Below are positions 9,789 to 19,337 of a stretch of DNA of 64,000 nucleotides, piece by piece. The position numbers were made by a program, and so were the translations under genes. The notes beneath the pieces were generated by a model. The model saw nothing but the letters and a program-made list of their open reading frames with translations. It was not told where the DNA came from and searched no databases. This stretch comes from Acinetobacter phage vB_AbaM_ME3: sequence record KU935715.1; one strand, 5' to 3'. Within the stretch, counting starts at the first letter, position 1, and each line of letters begins with the position of its first letter.

Positions 9789-10232
9789 TCAGGCAATAAT
9801 CCGTTCAATAGTATCTCTTAAGTTTATTTCAACATCAGGATAAAATTTTCTCATTTCTTGTCTTAATTTATATAATCGTCTTTTTGGATTAATACTTAAA
9901 CCATATTTATAATAAATACTATTATTAATTTTTATTTCAAATTCGTATAAAAAGATAGTTTCTAAAGGTCTACGTTGAACTGTAGTTTTATTTAAAAATC
10001 CACTTTGGTTATTTCTAGAGCATGTAGGACAATTACTTCTAGATTGTAAATAGTCATTAGTGCGTGGTGTCCATGTGTTAGAACATTTTTTGCATTCTAA
10101 TTTTATAAATTTAGCATACTCTTGATAACTTCTAGTTAATAAAATGTATAAATCATCTTGGATAACTTTAGAAAGAATTGTAGAATATTTTAATAAATTA
10201 TAAAAATTAGATTTTTGAACTAATGCGTACAT
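9789..10232 (-). CDS. T5orf172/GIY-YIG-like domain protein with Zn ribbon
   Basis: CKKCSNTW...CPTCSRN Cys pairs; YYKYGLSINPKRRLYKL resembles the T5orf172 (MUG113) GIY-YIG-like motif. Confidence 0.45.
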   Translation of the reverse strand: MYALVQKSNFYNLLKYSTILSKVIQDDLYILLTRSYQEYAKFIKLECKKCSNTWTPRTNDYLQSRSNCPTCSRNNQSGFLNKTTVQRRPLETIFLYEFEIKINNSIYYKYGLSINPKRRLYKLRQEMRKFYPDVEINLRDTIERIIA

Positions 10233-10630
10233 GAACTAACTCCCTTAACAAAATCATGAAATAAGGGAAAATAAATATTACCACATGTCTTATGAACTAG
10301 AGCTAATGATATTTTAGTAGTAATTTTAGATAAATCTTGATAGATATATTCATACTCTGAAAAAGTTGTATCAATATAAAGTTTTAAATCCTTTTCTGAT
10401 TTAAAACGTCTTGATTTTTCATTACAAACGCCTGACGTAAGTTTACAATCATTACAGAATTTAGGCTTATTATAAATCAAATTAAACCAATTACTTATAA
10501 CTTCTTTTTGACAAGTATTACAAATTACTAGTATTTTAGATTTGACATTTTTATAAGGTTCTACTTCTCTAATAAATGAAAAACAATTTTCACTTTGAAT
10601 AATCATTTTATATTTTTGAATTTGAAACAA
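10220..10630 (-). CDS. hypothetical Cys-rich (Zn-ribbon) protein
   Basis: CNTCQKE...CNDCK...CNEK...C motifs. Confidence 0.5.
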   Translation of the reverse strand: MFQIQKYKMIIQSENCFSFIREVEPYKNVKSKILVICNTCQKEVISNWFNLIYNKPKFCNDCKLTSGVCNEKSRRFKSEKDLKLYIDTTFSEYEYIYQDLSKITTKISLALVHKTCGNIYFPLFHDFVKGVSSCTH

Positions 10631-11453
10631 ATCTACTCCTCTATATTTCTATAGATGTTGAGACTATATCTTCATCCTATTAAATAGGAGTTTTATGTTT
10701 CCCTTTAATCCGTTCGGAACCACTTGGCGGTAGACCTAAATTTAATTTAGGAATTACTAGTCGTTGAACCTTCCTCTATATTACTAGAGGCTTGGCTGCT
10801 GATTGTCCATTACAAAGAATATATTAATATATTCATCTTCTTTATTTTCAAACATTCACGCTCATCTTTACAGATCACGTTGTAGTTAAAGAAGCTTTAG
10901 GAGTTTCCAGCAATTAATAAAATTTTGTCGACTACATTACTGTAGAAGGTGTCAATCTATTATTTAACACTACTGAAGAAAGCGCTCATATTGACGTGTG
11001 ACACCGTCATAATTGTTAACAAGAGTTTCTTTAATTATCTCTTTTCATTTCCTATCTAAAGTTTGGAAATAGTTCAGACTATCTAATCACCTTCAACAAC
11101 AAATATTTGCTTTGTTAAGGTGTTGGGCGCTCGTGGAGAGGTTATTGTTATCTTACTCACTCTCTAGTCGTTTAACGTTCTTGTCTCTTAATTAAGATAA
11201 GACAAGCTTCGCACAGTGTCGCCTACTAAGCTTCCACTGTTAGCTACAATATATAAATATAATAATGATACAGACTATTGGAATCTAACCAATTCATCCT
11301 AAGTTTACAAAGATGTTTCCCAACATTCTAAGCTCTTGGGGCGTTCACCTTTCACCAAGTCTGCATTACGAATTATCTCGGATTGGTAGGCCTTATGGGA
11401 TTCTAACCCATGATCTCACAAGTTATGAGCTTGGTGCTTTAGAACGCTAAGCT

Positions 11454-11540
11454 AAAGGCCTGTAATACCGAAAGAATTGGCATCGCCTGGAGGAATCGAA
11501 CCTCTCACGTCCTTCCTGCTTTTTACGTACCAGCTTAGAA
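11454..11540 (-). ncRNA. tRNA-like element: T-arm, an anticodon-like hairpin with loop CUUCUAA (UCU), encoded CCA, but no recognisable D-arm
   Basis: Minus-strand GAGG-TTCGATT-CCTC T-arm; CCAGC-CTTCTAA-GCTGG hairpin; ends ...AGGCGATGCCA. Confidence 0.35.
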
Positions 11541-11666
11541 GGCTGGTGCAGGGGCAAGCGACACAGATGATTAATTTCATTTTGTAAATTTATATAAGTA
11601 ACACCCTCTTTTGATCGAGGTTCACCCAATTATTCGATTACCATTTCTGATAAAAGCCACTCACAT

Positions 11667-12101
11667 TTAATGGATATCCATAACTACAACTAAATCTGGA
11701 CTTGAATAAATCTCAGGAGTATTAGTATAGTTAATGGTTGCTGCGCTTACTTCTTGTTTAGGTACATGAATGAAGAAATCTTTTTTAATTTTATCCCAAA
11801 CAATAGCACAATAGACTTCAGATTTAATTGTCTTACTAATATTACGATAAAGAACAATTACTTGTTGTAATAATCCAGTAGGAATTTTTGGAATTTCAGA
11901 ATGATCAGGAGTAAAAGAAGTTTCACATTCTTTTGTCAAACCTAAAGCTTTGAAATCTTTTAATTCAGTAGGGATTACAAATGTACCAATAGGAGACTTA
12001 CGTTGCTGAAAAATACCATTAGCAAAGATTGCATTATGGATATTCTTACCTGATTCTGTATCAAATTTTTCAACAGCAAAAGAGTTAAATAAATCAAACA
12101 T
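11667..12101 (-). CDS. hypothetical protein
   Basis: ORF track; tiled. Confidence 0.5.
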   Translation of the reverse strand: MFDLFNSFAVEKFDTESGKNIHNAIFANGIFQQRKSPIGTFVIPTELKDFKALGLTKECETSFTPDHSEIPKIPTGLLQQVIVLYRNISKTIKSEVYCAIVWDKIKKDFFIHVPKQEVSAATINYTNTPEIYSSPDLVVVMDIH

Positions 12102-12985
12102 TAGAAGTGTCTCCCAATATTAATAGCACCATCGCCACCATTAGGTTCAAAAATATCATCAAATTTGTAACCTAATACTGAACAGAAATAGTAAAGAGTA
12201 AAGATATTATGATACCAATCATGTTCACGCTCTGTAATAGAACGAATAAAGTAATTGATTGAATCTTCACTTTCTGCTAATACTTCTGTTAAAAATTCTT
12301 TAAAACCTTCACGATTTGAATTAACAAAAGAAGTTTTAACTTGATTACGAATACGTAAATCAGAGTTAAAATTAGAATTTAAGTAAGCATGAATAGTAGA
12401 TACTTGTTTATAACTATCTTTTGCTTTTAATAAATCACGATCAAAACTTCCATGCCAACAAACATTGTGATCAAAGTGATTACACAACATAGAAAGAAGT
12501 TGAGAATCATTACTTGGCATATTAATAATGTTAGTAGTAATAATTCCGTAGTTATGAGTTACATTACTAAATTCTGAATTATTTGTATTAACGATTAAGG
12601 CGCCATAATTTTTTAATTTAAAATTAGGGAAACGTACAAAATGATTTTCATCGCCATCTTCATCTTCTTCAGTAATATGGCAGATTCCGTATTTATTGCC
12701 TTCTTTGATATTTACACTACCACCAAATTGGAAAGTACCTGTAAAGGTTACTTCAGGAATCATGTATAAACGTTTTACTTGTCCATTCGCTACACATTCA
12801 CGAATTAAATAAGGACTAATAAAACCAGTATCAGCTTCTTTTAAACCATTAACAGAAGCTTTAGTAAAGAGTTCAGGAACAGATGCTACAGGAACACGTT
12901 TAATAACAGATTGACGTCGATCATTAGTTACACTAACCCGTGCATGTGGTTGTGAACTGTCTAACGTTACATTAATAATAGTCAT
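12101..12985 (-). CDS. hypothetical protein (294 aa)
   Basis: ORF track; ATGA junction. Confidence 0.55.
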   Translation of the reverse strand: MTIINVTLDSSQPHARVSVTNDRRQSVIKRVPVASVPELFTKASVNGLKEADTGFISPYLIRECVANGQVKRLYMIPEVTFTGTFQFGGSVNIKEGNKYGICHITEEDEDGDENHFVRFPNFKLKNYGALIVNTNNSEFSNVTHNYGIITTNIINMPSNDSQLLSMLCNHFDHNVCWHGSFDRDLLKAKDSYKQVSTIHAYLNSNFNSDLRIRNQVKTSFVNSNREGFKEFLTEVLAESEDSINYFIRSITEREHDWYHNIFTLYYFCSVLGYKFDDIFEPNGGDGAINIGRHF

Positions 12986-13320
12986 AGATATTTCGATTTA
13001 ATTGTAGGAGTAGAACTTAAGACCATAGTGAATTTACTGATGTAAGCATCCATCATTGATGTATCAGGAGCTTGTCGTCTAGTACGAGAAGATGGAAAAC
13101 GATCAACAATATTTCGAATAGTTCGTTCATCAACATCTGCATATCCATTAAGAATGCTTTCAACAAATTCAGGAATATTTAAATCTGGTCTACGTAATAA
13201 GGAGAGAACGTCAGTAGGAAGTTCTTGTGGGACTGTCCCATCAACTTCATTAGGAAACGTTTCAAATAAGGCTTCATTAATTAACAATTGTATGTACCTC
13301 ACGTCTGCTGAAGTAATCAT
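12982..13320 (-). CDS. hypothetical protein
   Basis: ORF track; overlapping start/stop. Confidence 0.5.
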   Translation of the reverse strand: MITSADVRYIQLLINEALFETFPNEVDGTVPQELPTDVLSLLRRPDLNIPEFVESILNGYADVDERTIRNIVDRFPSSRTRRQAPDTSMMDAYISKFTMVLSSTPTIKSKYL

Positions 13321-13717
13321 TTTCTCTTACAATACGACTTAAACGTTCTAGAGAATTTCCACGTCTTAATGATACAGGAACACGAGAATCAGAGATGTCT
13401 TTAGTAAGAAGATCTTTAATAACATTAAGTGTCATTGTTAAATGAGATTTCACTGTCAGTTTATTAGGAGGAGAACAATCATACAGATCTTTCATCACGC
13501 TATAAATAAAAGGACTATATGATAGATACATATACATAGTAGCTACAGTATCAATATCAGAATAAGGGATATCAAAAGCAGCTAAGGTTTCTTGAAGGGG
13601 ATTTTCACTAGTTCTATGTGTATTTAAATGATGTTCAAAAGTAGAAGCTTGTCTACTATTAAAACGAGTAAATATTGTAGCTAGTAAATATTTTTCAAAC
13701 GATTTATCAATAATCAT
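13277..13717 (-). CDS. hypothetical protein
   Basis: ORF track. Confidence 0.5.
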   Translation of the reverse strand: MIIDKSFEKYLLATIFTRFNSRQASTFEHHLNTHRTSENPLQETLAAFDIPYSDIDTVATMYMYLSYSPFIYSVMKDLYDCSPPNKLTVKSHLTMTLNVIKDLLTKDISDSRVPVSLRRGNSLERLSRIVRENDYFSRREVHTIVN

Positions 13718-13811
13718 TTTATGTATAACCAGAGAGAAGAAAAAACAAAATAGAAAAAGGAATATATACTAATTTAGTATATATTCCTTAAATACTTAAA
13801 CCTTAATAGGC

Positions 13812-14009
13812 TTACGCAGCTTTGTTACCATCTTTCAATTGGAAAGTAACTTCATCACCAGTCACAACAACTTCAGCTTTATCAAGCTCGTTGTACATTT
13901 GACGGAAGATCGCTAAGATCTCTTGTGGAGTTTTGTTTGGAACAGGTTGACGAGTGATACCAGCAGAAGCGTAAGTTACATAATAAGTAGTTGAAGTAGT
14001 CATGGACAT
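13812..14009 (-). CDS. small protein (65 aa) with atypically GC-rich, optimal-looking codon usage, possibly highly expressed
   Basis: ORF track; local composition differs from the neighbours; strong spacing to the next gene. Confidence 0.5.
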   Translation of the reverse strand: MSMTTSTTYYVTYASAGITRQPVPNKTPQEILAIFRQMYNELDKAEVVVTGDEVTFQLKDGNKAA

Positions 14010-14019
14010 TTCCTTTTAA

Positions 14020-15042
14020 TTAATTAAATAGAGAAAACTCATCTAACACAAGTTGATTAATTTGAGAAGGTGTTAGAGAGTATAAAGTTTTAGTTTCGTA
14101 TTTTTCTTTCAAAGCTTTCATAAATAAACCAAGTTCTTTAGTTTCAAGTTTAGTAATTTCTTGTACCACACGACCATTAAACTTTTGTTTAACAGCTTGG
14201 CTAATTCTAAACTCTTCTCTTAAGATATTTACTTTGTCTTCTAAGAAAGGAAATACAGTTTTTAAATGATCAAAATGATCATAGGGAAGTTTTAATGAGT
14301 CTTTCGATAAATCAGGACGGGAATCAATATACTCTAAGAACATATTATAAACCTTTCTCTTTTTATCTCGAACTCTATTAACATTATTCAAGTTTTCAAA
14401 TTTATACAAACCTGTATAAAAATAAGGACTAGATGTTAACCAATCGAACATCTGTATATAAGTGTCAAACCCTTTATTAAATTGTTTAACATCTAATTCT
14501 AATAAATTTAAAACATCTAAATAATTAGTTGATAACTCTACTTCACCAAGTAAGTTATCTTGTTGATCTAAAGGTCGTACTTCATATGTTAAACCATACA
14601 TACCATGTTTAACCTTAAAGACGCCTTTAGATAGCCTTCCAATTAGATTACCTAAATCATTCCAACTAAGATAATTCTGTGTGTACTCAATGTACTGATT
14701 TTGAACGAATATTAAATCTATTTGAAAGGTACCTAATAAGAAAGATATTACTGGTCCGTTACGGAGAGCAATAATATTTTGACTACGTAAGTGTAAAAGA
14801 GTTTCAGTGATGGTGTTATTATTTTCTAATTCTACGAGGATGTCTAAATCGCCATGTGATTCTTTTTCTCTTACTGAGTCTATACATCTATACTTCAAAC
14901 CATTAGCTTCTAACATACATTTAACTGCATATAAGACACTAGGGTAATCAGTAACATGTAATCTTTTTAAAACATTTTCAGGATCTTTACTCTGAATGTA
15001 GGACTTAAAAGCATTTCCACCCATAGTAAGGGCTCCTTTCAT
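14020..15042 (-). CDS. hypothetical protein (340 aa)
   Basis: ORF track. Confidence 0.55.
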   Translation of the reverse strand: MKGALTMGGNAFKSYIQSKDPENVLKRLHVTDYPSVLYAVKCMLEANGLKYRCIDSVREKESHGDLDILVELENNNTITETLLHLRSQNIIALRNGPVISFLLGTFQIDLIFVQNQYIEYTQNYLSWNDLGNLIGRLSKGVFKVKHGMYGLTYEVRPLDQQDNLLGEVELSTNYLDVLNLLELDVKQFNKGFDTYIQMFDWLTSSPYFYTGLYKFENLNNVNRVRDKKRKVYNMFLEYIDSRPDLSKDSLKLPYDHFDHLKTVFPFLEDKVNILREEFRISQAVKQKFNGRVVQEITKLETKELGLFMKALKEKYETKTLYSLTPSQINQLVLDEFSLFN

Positions 15043-15064
15043 ATTTCTTATTAAATTCTATATC

Positions 15065-15832
15065 TTACATGATTTCGTGCTTAACAAAAGCTTTAACCCA
15101 GAGTTTACAATCTTCTGATCTAACAATATCTTCAAAGTCATCAAAATCAATAACTCCTACTTTACGTTGTAGTTCAGGACTCTTACTAATAACATTTAAT
15201 AAAAGAGGAAGACCAGATTCTCTGTTTAACACTTTTTGACGTAAATCACCACAAAGTACCATCTTACCACCACCTTGACGGGTTACAGTAGAGATAGCAA
15301 TAGTTGTAGACATATCTTCAGCTTCATCAAAGATTACAAAATCTCGATTAGTAAATGACATGCCTTTAATAAATTCAGGTGCAAAACATAATATCTGTTC
15401 ACGTTTAATCAGGTATTCAACTAGTGTTGGAGTTAACTGTTTATTGAGAGTATCAATAATAGGCATCAACCAATACTTAGTTTTTTCAACTACATCACCA
15501 GGAAGTAATCCAATAGATTCTTCATCTGAAGTAGGTGTTCTAATTAAGATGATACGATCTATTTGCTTAGCACGTAACATCATTGCAGCCATCATAGTAG
15601 GAATATAAGTTTTACTTGTACCAGCTAAACCTGTAGCAATAGTTAAATTGCAATTTTCAATCATATGCATATATTGACGTTGTTTAGGATTACGTGGTGT
15701 TAGAGTGATCTTACGTTCTTGTAAAAACTTCTCAGAAATTACAGGATCATATTCTTTCTCTTCTAAAACTTTTCTACTATATTGGCTACTGCCACGTTCT
15801 GAATTTTTACCTTTAGAGTATCTTTTACTCAT
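15065..15832 (-). CDS. phoH: PhoH-like ATPase
   Basis: Walker A GLAGTSKTY, Walker B VIFDEAED, PhoH-like length and layout. Confidence 0.8.
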   Translation of the reverse strand: MSKRYSKGKNSERGSSQYSRKVLEEKEYDPVISEKFLQERKITLTPRNPKQRQYMHMIENCNLTIATGLAGTSKTYIPTMMAAMMLRAKQIDRIILIRTPTSDEESIGLLPGDVVEKTKYWLMPIIDTLNKQLTPTLVEYLIKREQILCFAPEFIKGMSFTNRDFVIFDEAEDMSTTIAISTVTRQGGGKMVLCGDLRQKVLNRESGLPLLLNVISKSPELQRKVGVIDFDDFEDIVRSEDCKLWVKAFVKHEIM

Positions 15833-15962
15833 TATTTAAACCTCGTGATTAGATTTAATTTTAGTTGTTGTAAACACACTGTTAATATGTATAGAGTACT
15901 AACACACCATACATAACTCTTGAGGCTATATAGAATTTGATAAGGAATAATAAAATAAAGAC

Positions 15963-16020
15963 AGACTACCATAAGGTTACTTAATCAATAGTATATAATA
16001 AGGGTTTGCTGAGGTAGTCT
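15963..16020 (-). terminator. putative intrinsic terminator (8-bp stem, large loop) followed by a T-rich tract on the minus strand
   Basis: agactacc...ggtagtct inverted repeat, then GTCTTTATTTTATTATT on the transcribed strand. Confidence 0.3.
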
Positions 16021-16144
16021 TTAAAAGAAGGGTCATACTACAATTTTTTCAAAAGGTTTTAAAATATATAAACTTAGAGTATATATGAGTTTTTCTAAAA
16101 TAAATTGAAATTTTTTGCTGTGTGTAGTATTTAAAATTTGATAA

Positions 16145-16387
16145 CTAATCTTCTTTATTCAAATTAGACTTAATAAAATCTAAGAATTCAGAAGGAGTAG
16201 TAATAAGAAGTAAATGTTCGCAAAGAAGTTTTAATGAGTCTTTGCGAAAAGCTTCAACAGATTGATCAGATCTTCTATTATATACTAATCCAGTCTTCTT
16301 AGACTCTAAAGGTCGTACTTCATAAGATGTATATGTAAGTTTAATCTGATCTTCTGTTATATCAATATTGATATTTTCGTAAAGCAT
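16145..16387 (-). CDS. hypothetical protein
   Basis: ORF track. Confidence 0.5.
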   Translation of the reverse strand: MLYENINIDITEDQIKLTYTSYEVRPLESKKTGLVYNRRSDQSVEAFRKDSLKLLCEHLLLITTPSEFLDFIKSNLNKED

Positions 16388-16388
16388 T

Positions 16389-16787
16389 TTATTCAGCTGA
16401 GAAATGAGACGTCACTTGAGAACGAATTAAGTCTGCTAATTCATTTTGAGCAGGAGCTTTACGTACTTTAAGATCTGTTCCTAAAGCTCCTAAACGGATT
16501 TCAACTGCACGAGGACTACGTTTAACTTTTAAAGCCACATTACGGAAGATTAATTTCCGTTCATCAGGAGTACTTAAATTAAAAGCTCCTGAAGGGGCTA
16601 AAGCAACAGCTGCATTGAAAGCTGCTACAACTTCTGCATCTTCAGCAGCAGTCCAACGACGACTAGAACGGTTATGAACTAAACGTGAGATAGCATTTGA
16701 TGATGCTGATACATTCCGTAGATCAGTCCAAAGTTGACGAGCAACTGCTGAAGAAGGACGTTCATTTTCTAAGATTTGTAAATACAT
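16389..16787 (-). CDS. Ala/Arg-rich putative HTH (Myb/SANT-like) DNA-binding protein; local GC higher than the rest of the window
   Basis: RRWTAAEDAEVV and RSPRAVEIRLGALG resemble Myb/HTH helices; compositional outlier. Confidence 0.45.
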   Translation of the reverse strand: MYLQILENERPSSAVARQLWTDLRNVSASSNAISRLVHNRSSRRWTAAEDAEVVAAFNAAVALAPSGAFNLSTPDERKLIFRNVALKVKRSPRAVEIRLGALGTDLKVRKAPAQNELADLIRSQVTSHFSAE

Positions 16788-16789
16788 AA

Positions 16790-17107
16790 TTAATAGATTT
16801 CCAATTTTGATGGGGAATAATTTTCTTCAACATAAGATAAACTAGAGGTTTTAATTCTTAACCTACATTTAGTTTCTTTATCAAAGATCCAGACAAAGCG
16901 AGTCCAACTATGAGTCTTTAATACTCGTAGAGTTAAAGAGGATTCATAAACAAATAATATATATCTTTCAGGGTAATCAATAATTGTTTCTTTTAAAGAA
17001 TAGTCTCTAGAAAAATAATCAATGATTTGTGGTTCAATAGTTGAACTTGAATATAATATATTAGAAGAGGTTAAGCTTCGTTTAAAGTTTGCTAATTGTT
17101 TCTGCAT
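16790..17107 (-). CDS. hypothetical protein
   Basis: ORF track. Confidence 0.5.
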   Translation of the reverse strand: MQKQLANFKRSLTSSNILYSSSTIEPQIIDYFSRDYSLKETIIDYPERYILFVYESSLTLRVLKTHSWTRFVWIFDKETKCRLRIKTSSLSYVEENYSPSKLEIY

Positions 17108-17588
17108 TTATTTCAGGTTCAATTTGTGCACATAAAAGAGTTTTATAGGACAGATTCAATTCTTCTGTTAAATACTTAAATAAAGTAGAACCGATAGGTC
17201 TAAGTTTTAATAAGTCATTTAAATCATAACCTAATAAAACTAATACATTAGTTATTACATCAAAGCAATGTAATCTTTCATTTGTATTGATTCCCCACAA
17301 CCATGAAATATAAGCTAATAAATCATAAGGTTTATTTAATGATTTCTGTATAAAATTTTCAATCAACTGAACATCATAATCAATTAAATCTAGTTTGAAT
17401 AAATAACATTTCCTATTAGGATTTTCTTCTAGTACAGAGGAAATATTAAATCCATTTCGATATAAGTTAGTATCATAATTCAAACCATTAAAATGAATAG
17501 ATGCATGTGTTATATTTGATTGTGTTAAGAAAGCAACTGATTGGCTTGCTAAGCTACTTTCTTCTAATTGATAGAGAATTATATACAT
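17082..17588 (-). CDS. hypothetical protein
   Basis: ORF track. Confidence 0.5.
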   Translation of the reverse strand: MYIILYQLEESSLASQSVAFLTQSNITHASIHFNGLNYDTNLYRNGFNISSVLEENPNRKCYLFKLDLIDYDVQLIENFIQKSLNKPYDLLAYISWLWGINTNERLHCFDVITNVLVLLGYDLNDLLKLRPIGSTLFKYLTEELNLSYKTLLCAQIEPEINAETISKL

Positions 17589-17650
17589 TAATAAGATTAA
17601 CCACTGATAGTTAATTTATGAGGTTTTATTTAAACCATCAGAATTGTTTT

Positions 17651-17851
17651 TTAAAATTCACTGAATGGTTCAGGATCTTCTTCATCTGTTGAAACTTGTT
17701 TAAAGTACTTACCATTGTACCAGCCTTCAACGTCTTTTAACTTATAAAAAGTTTCAAATACTTTTATATCTTTTGCAATAACTTCATATTCAACATTCTC
17801 TTTTATTTGAGAACATTCAAGTGAAACTCCAGCTTTAAGGATTACAATCAT
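17651..17851 (-). CDS. hypothetical protein
   Basis: ORF track; overlaps the next gene by 4 nt. Confidence 0.5.
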   Translation of the reverse strand: MIVILKAGVSLECSQIKENVEYEVIAKDIKVFETFYKLKDVEGWYNGKYFKQVSTDEEDPEPFSEF

Positions 17852-18222
17852 TTTAAATCATCCTGATTCTTTAATAGGTGGCATTTAATTTGAGATAGGC
17901 TTTCTTTAATATCTTCTTGTTCCTCATGAGTAAATTCATTTCTATTCTTAATTAAAGCAGCTAGGATATGACTAATGACAGAAGGTATGATAAAGAAAAT
18001 CCAAAAATGACCACAGACAATAGCTAAAATCTTTCCTGCGATAGTGTGAGGAGAGTAGTCACCATAACCAATAGTAAGAGATGTAACACAAGCCCAATAT
18101 AAAGAGTCTAGATATGAAACACCTTCCAATAAAGAAAACAGTAAAGATGCTATAACTAAACTTAATAGATAAGCAAGAAATACATATCTAATATTATTTG
18201 CAATTAATAGAAAATAAGCCAT
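17848..18222 (-). CDS. minimal 2-TM potassium channel (Kcv/KcsA-like)
   Basis: TM1, then pore helix and selectivity filter YWACVTSLTIGYGDYSP (TxGYGD), then TM2; 124 aa. Confidence 0.75.
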   Translation of the reverse strand: MAYFLLIANNIRYVFLAYLLSLVIASLLFSLLEGVSYLDSLYWACVTSLTIGYGDYSPHTIAGKILAIVCGHFWIFFIIPSVISHILAALIKNRNEFTHEEQEDIKESLSQIKCHLLKNQDDLK

Positions 18223-18362
18223 GAAATTCTCAAATATAAATAATTAAGAAGATATATGTAGTCCCTAAGGCACGACATCCACTTGTTTAAATTAGAGAGA
18301 TCGTCACCTCTCCCAAGCCGCTCTACTACATTGGCGTATACATATATCTTATTAATTATTCA

Positions 18363-18794
18363 CTAAACAATAATATAAACACAGTCTTCATTTACATAAG
18401 GATGTAATAATCTAATTGTACGTTTAACTAATTTAGCATAGTTATCTTTTAACAACCCACCAGCACCAATATCAATAAAGACTCTAGTGATATTTGAAAC
18501 TCCAGGTTTTCCTCTAATAGAAGAGGAATCAGTACAATTAATAGAAAAGAAATATCCACCTGTACTTTTAGTAAACTCTCTAGCAGCTGGAATCTTATTA
18601 GCTACATATAAGTCTGTTGACGGATTAAAAATTTCTTTAACTTCAGTTGTAGTTCCAAAGCCACGAGGAACAGAATGAATTAACACTCGATGCTCTAATG
18701 CTTGATAAACATCTTTTGTATCAATATTATGTTGTAAATTATATTGATGTATTCTTGGAATTTGAATTCCTAGGAATTCTTTTAAGTGGTTCAT
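18363..18794 (-). CDS. hypothetical protein
   Basis: ORF track. Confidence 0.5.
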   Translation of the reverse strand: MNHLKEFLGIQIPRIHQYNLQHNIDTKDVYQALEHRVLIHSVPRGFGTTTEVKEIFNPSTDLYVANKIPAAREFTKSTGGYFFSINCTDSSSIRGKPGVSNITRVFIDIGAGGLLKDNYAKLVKRTIRLLHPYVNEDCVYIIV

Positions 18795-19033
18795 TAGTAT
18801 CTCCTAATGTACAGCTCTTCAGCAATATTTTAAAATTGGATCCTAGATCATTCACCTTACAATATAGACAAATCTAGGAAAATCTATATCAGGGTGCTAA
18901 TGAGAGGGCTTGCAAGCAGTGGTCACATCTCTAGCTGCTTATACTCCGCAGAATATAAGTACCGCGACTCAACTGGTGATCAATGCGAGAAATTTATTAC
19001 ATTGTCATTATTCCAGGAGTAATCTTTTAAATT

Positions 19034-19261
19034 TTAAAATAATTCAATAATATTCTCAGATAAGAGTTTACTAAGATCTTCATCTAATGGTTTGATTGTT
19101 TTAGCTCTTTCTTTAAGTGATTTTAAAATTTCTGGATAAAGAGCAAATGAATCATTATAAATAGAGAAGAAATCAAAAGTTGGTTTAGATATTGTTTGAG
19201 TAGAATCTGGATAACATTTAATATAAGGAACTCTATACATAATTACCAATTCCAGCACCAA
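19034..19261 (-). CDS. hypothetical protein
   Basis: ORF track. Confidence 0.45.
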   Translation of the reverse strand: MVLELVIMYRVPYIKCYPDSTQTISKPTFDFFSIYNDSFALYPEILKSLKERAKTIKPLDEDLSKLLSENIIELF

Positions 19262-19337
19262 GGCTTATGCATTGTTGTAGGTCCATGACAAACAGGACAA
19301 TATTTTATTTCTTCTGTTGTAAAGCCTAAAATCTTTT

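Noticed and set aside
11447-11629. Minus-strand ORF of 60 aa inside the ORF-free block
   Set aside because: It overlaps the tRNA-fragment-like element, has atypical composition and lacks a convincing start context. It is more likely noncoding.
10631-11660. Group I intron interrupting a tRNA gene
   Set aside because: The idea came from the tRNA-fragment-like 3' half at 11454..11540. I could not find a matching 5' half (acceptor plus D-arm) within reach, nor P-Q-R-S-like intron core motifs by eye. It is left as an unexplained structured-RNA candidate.
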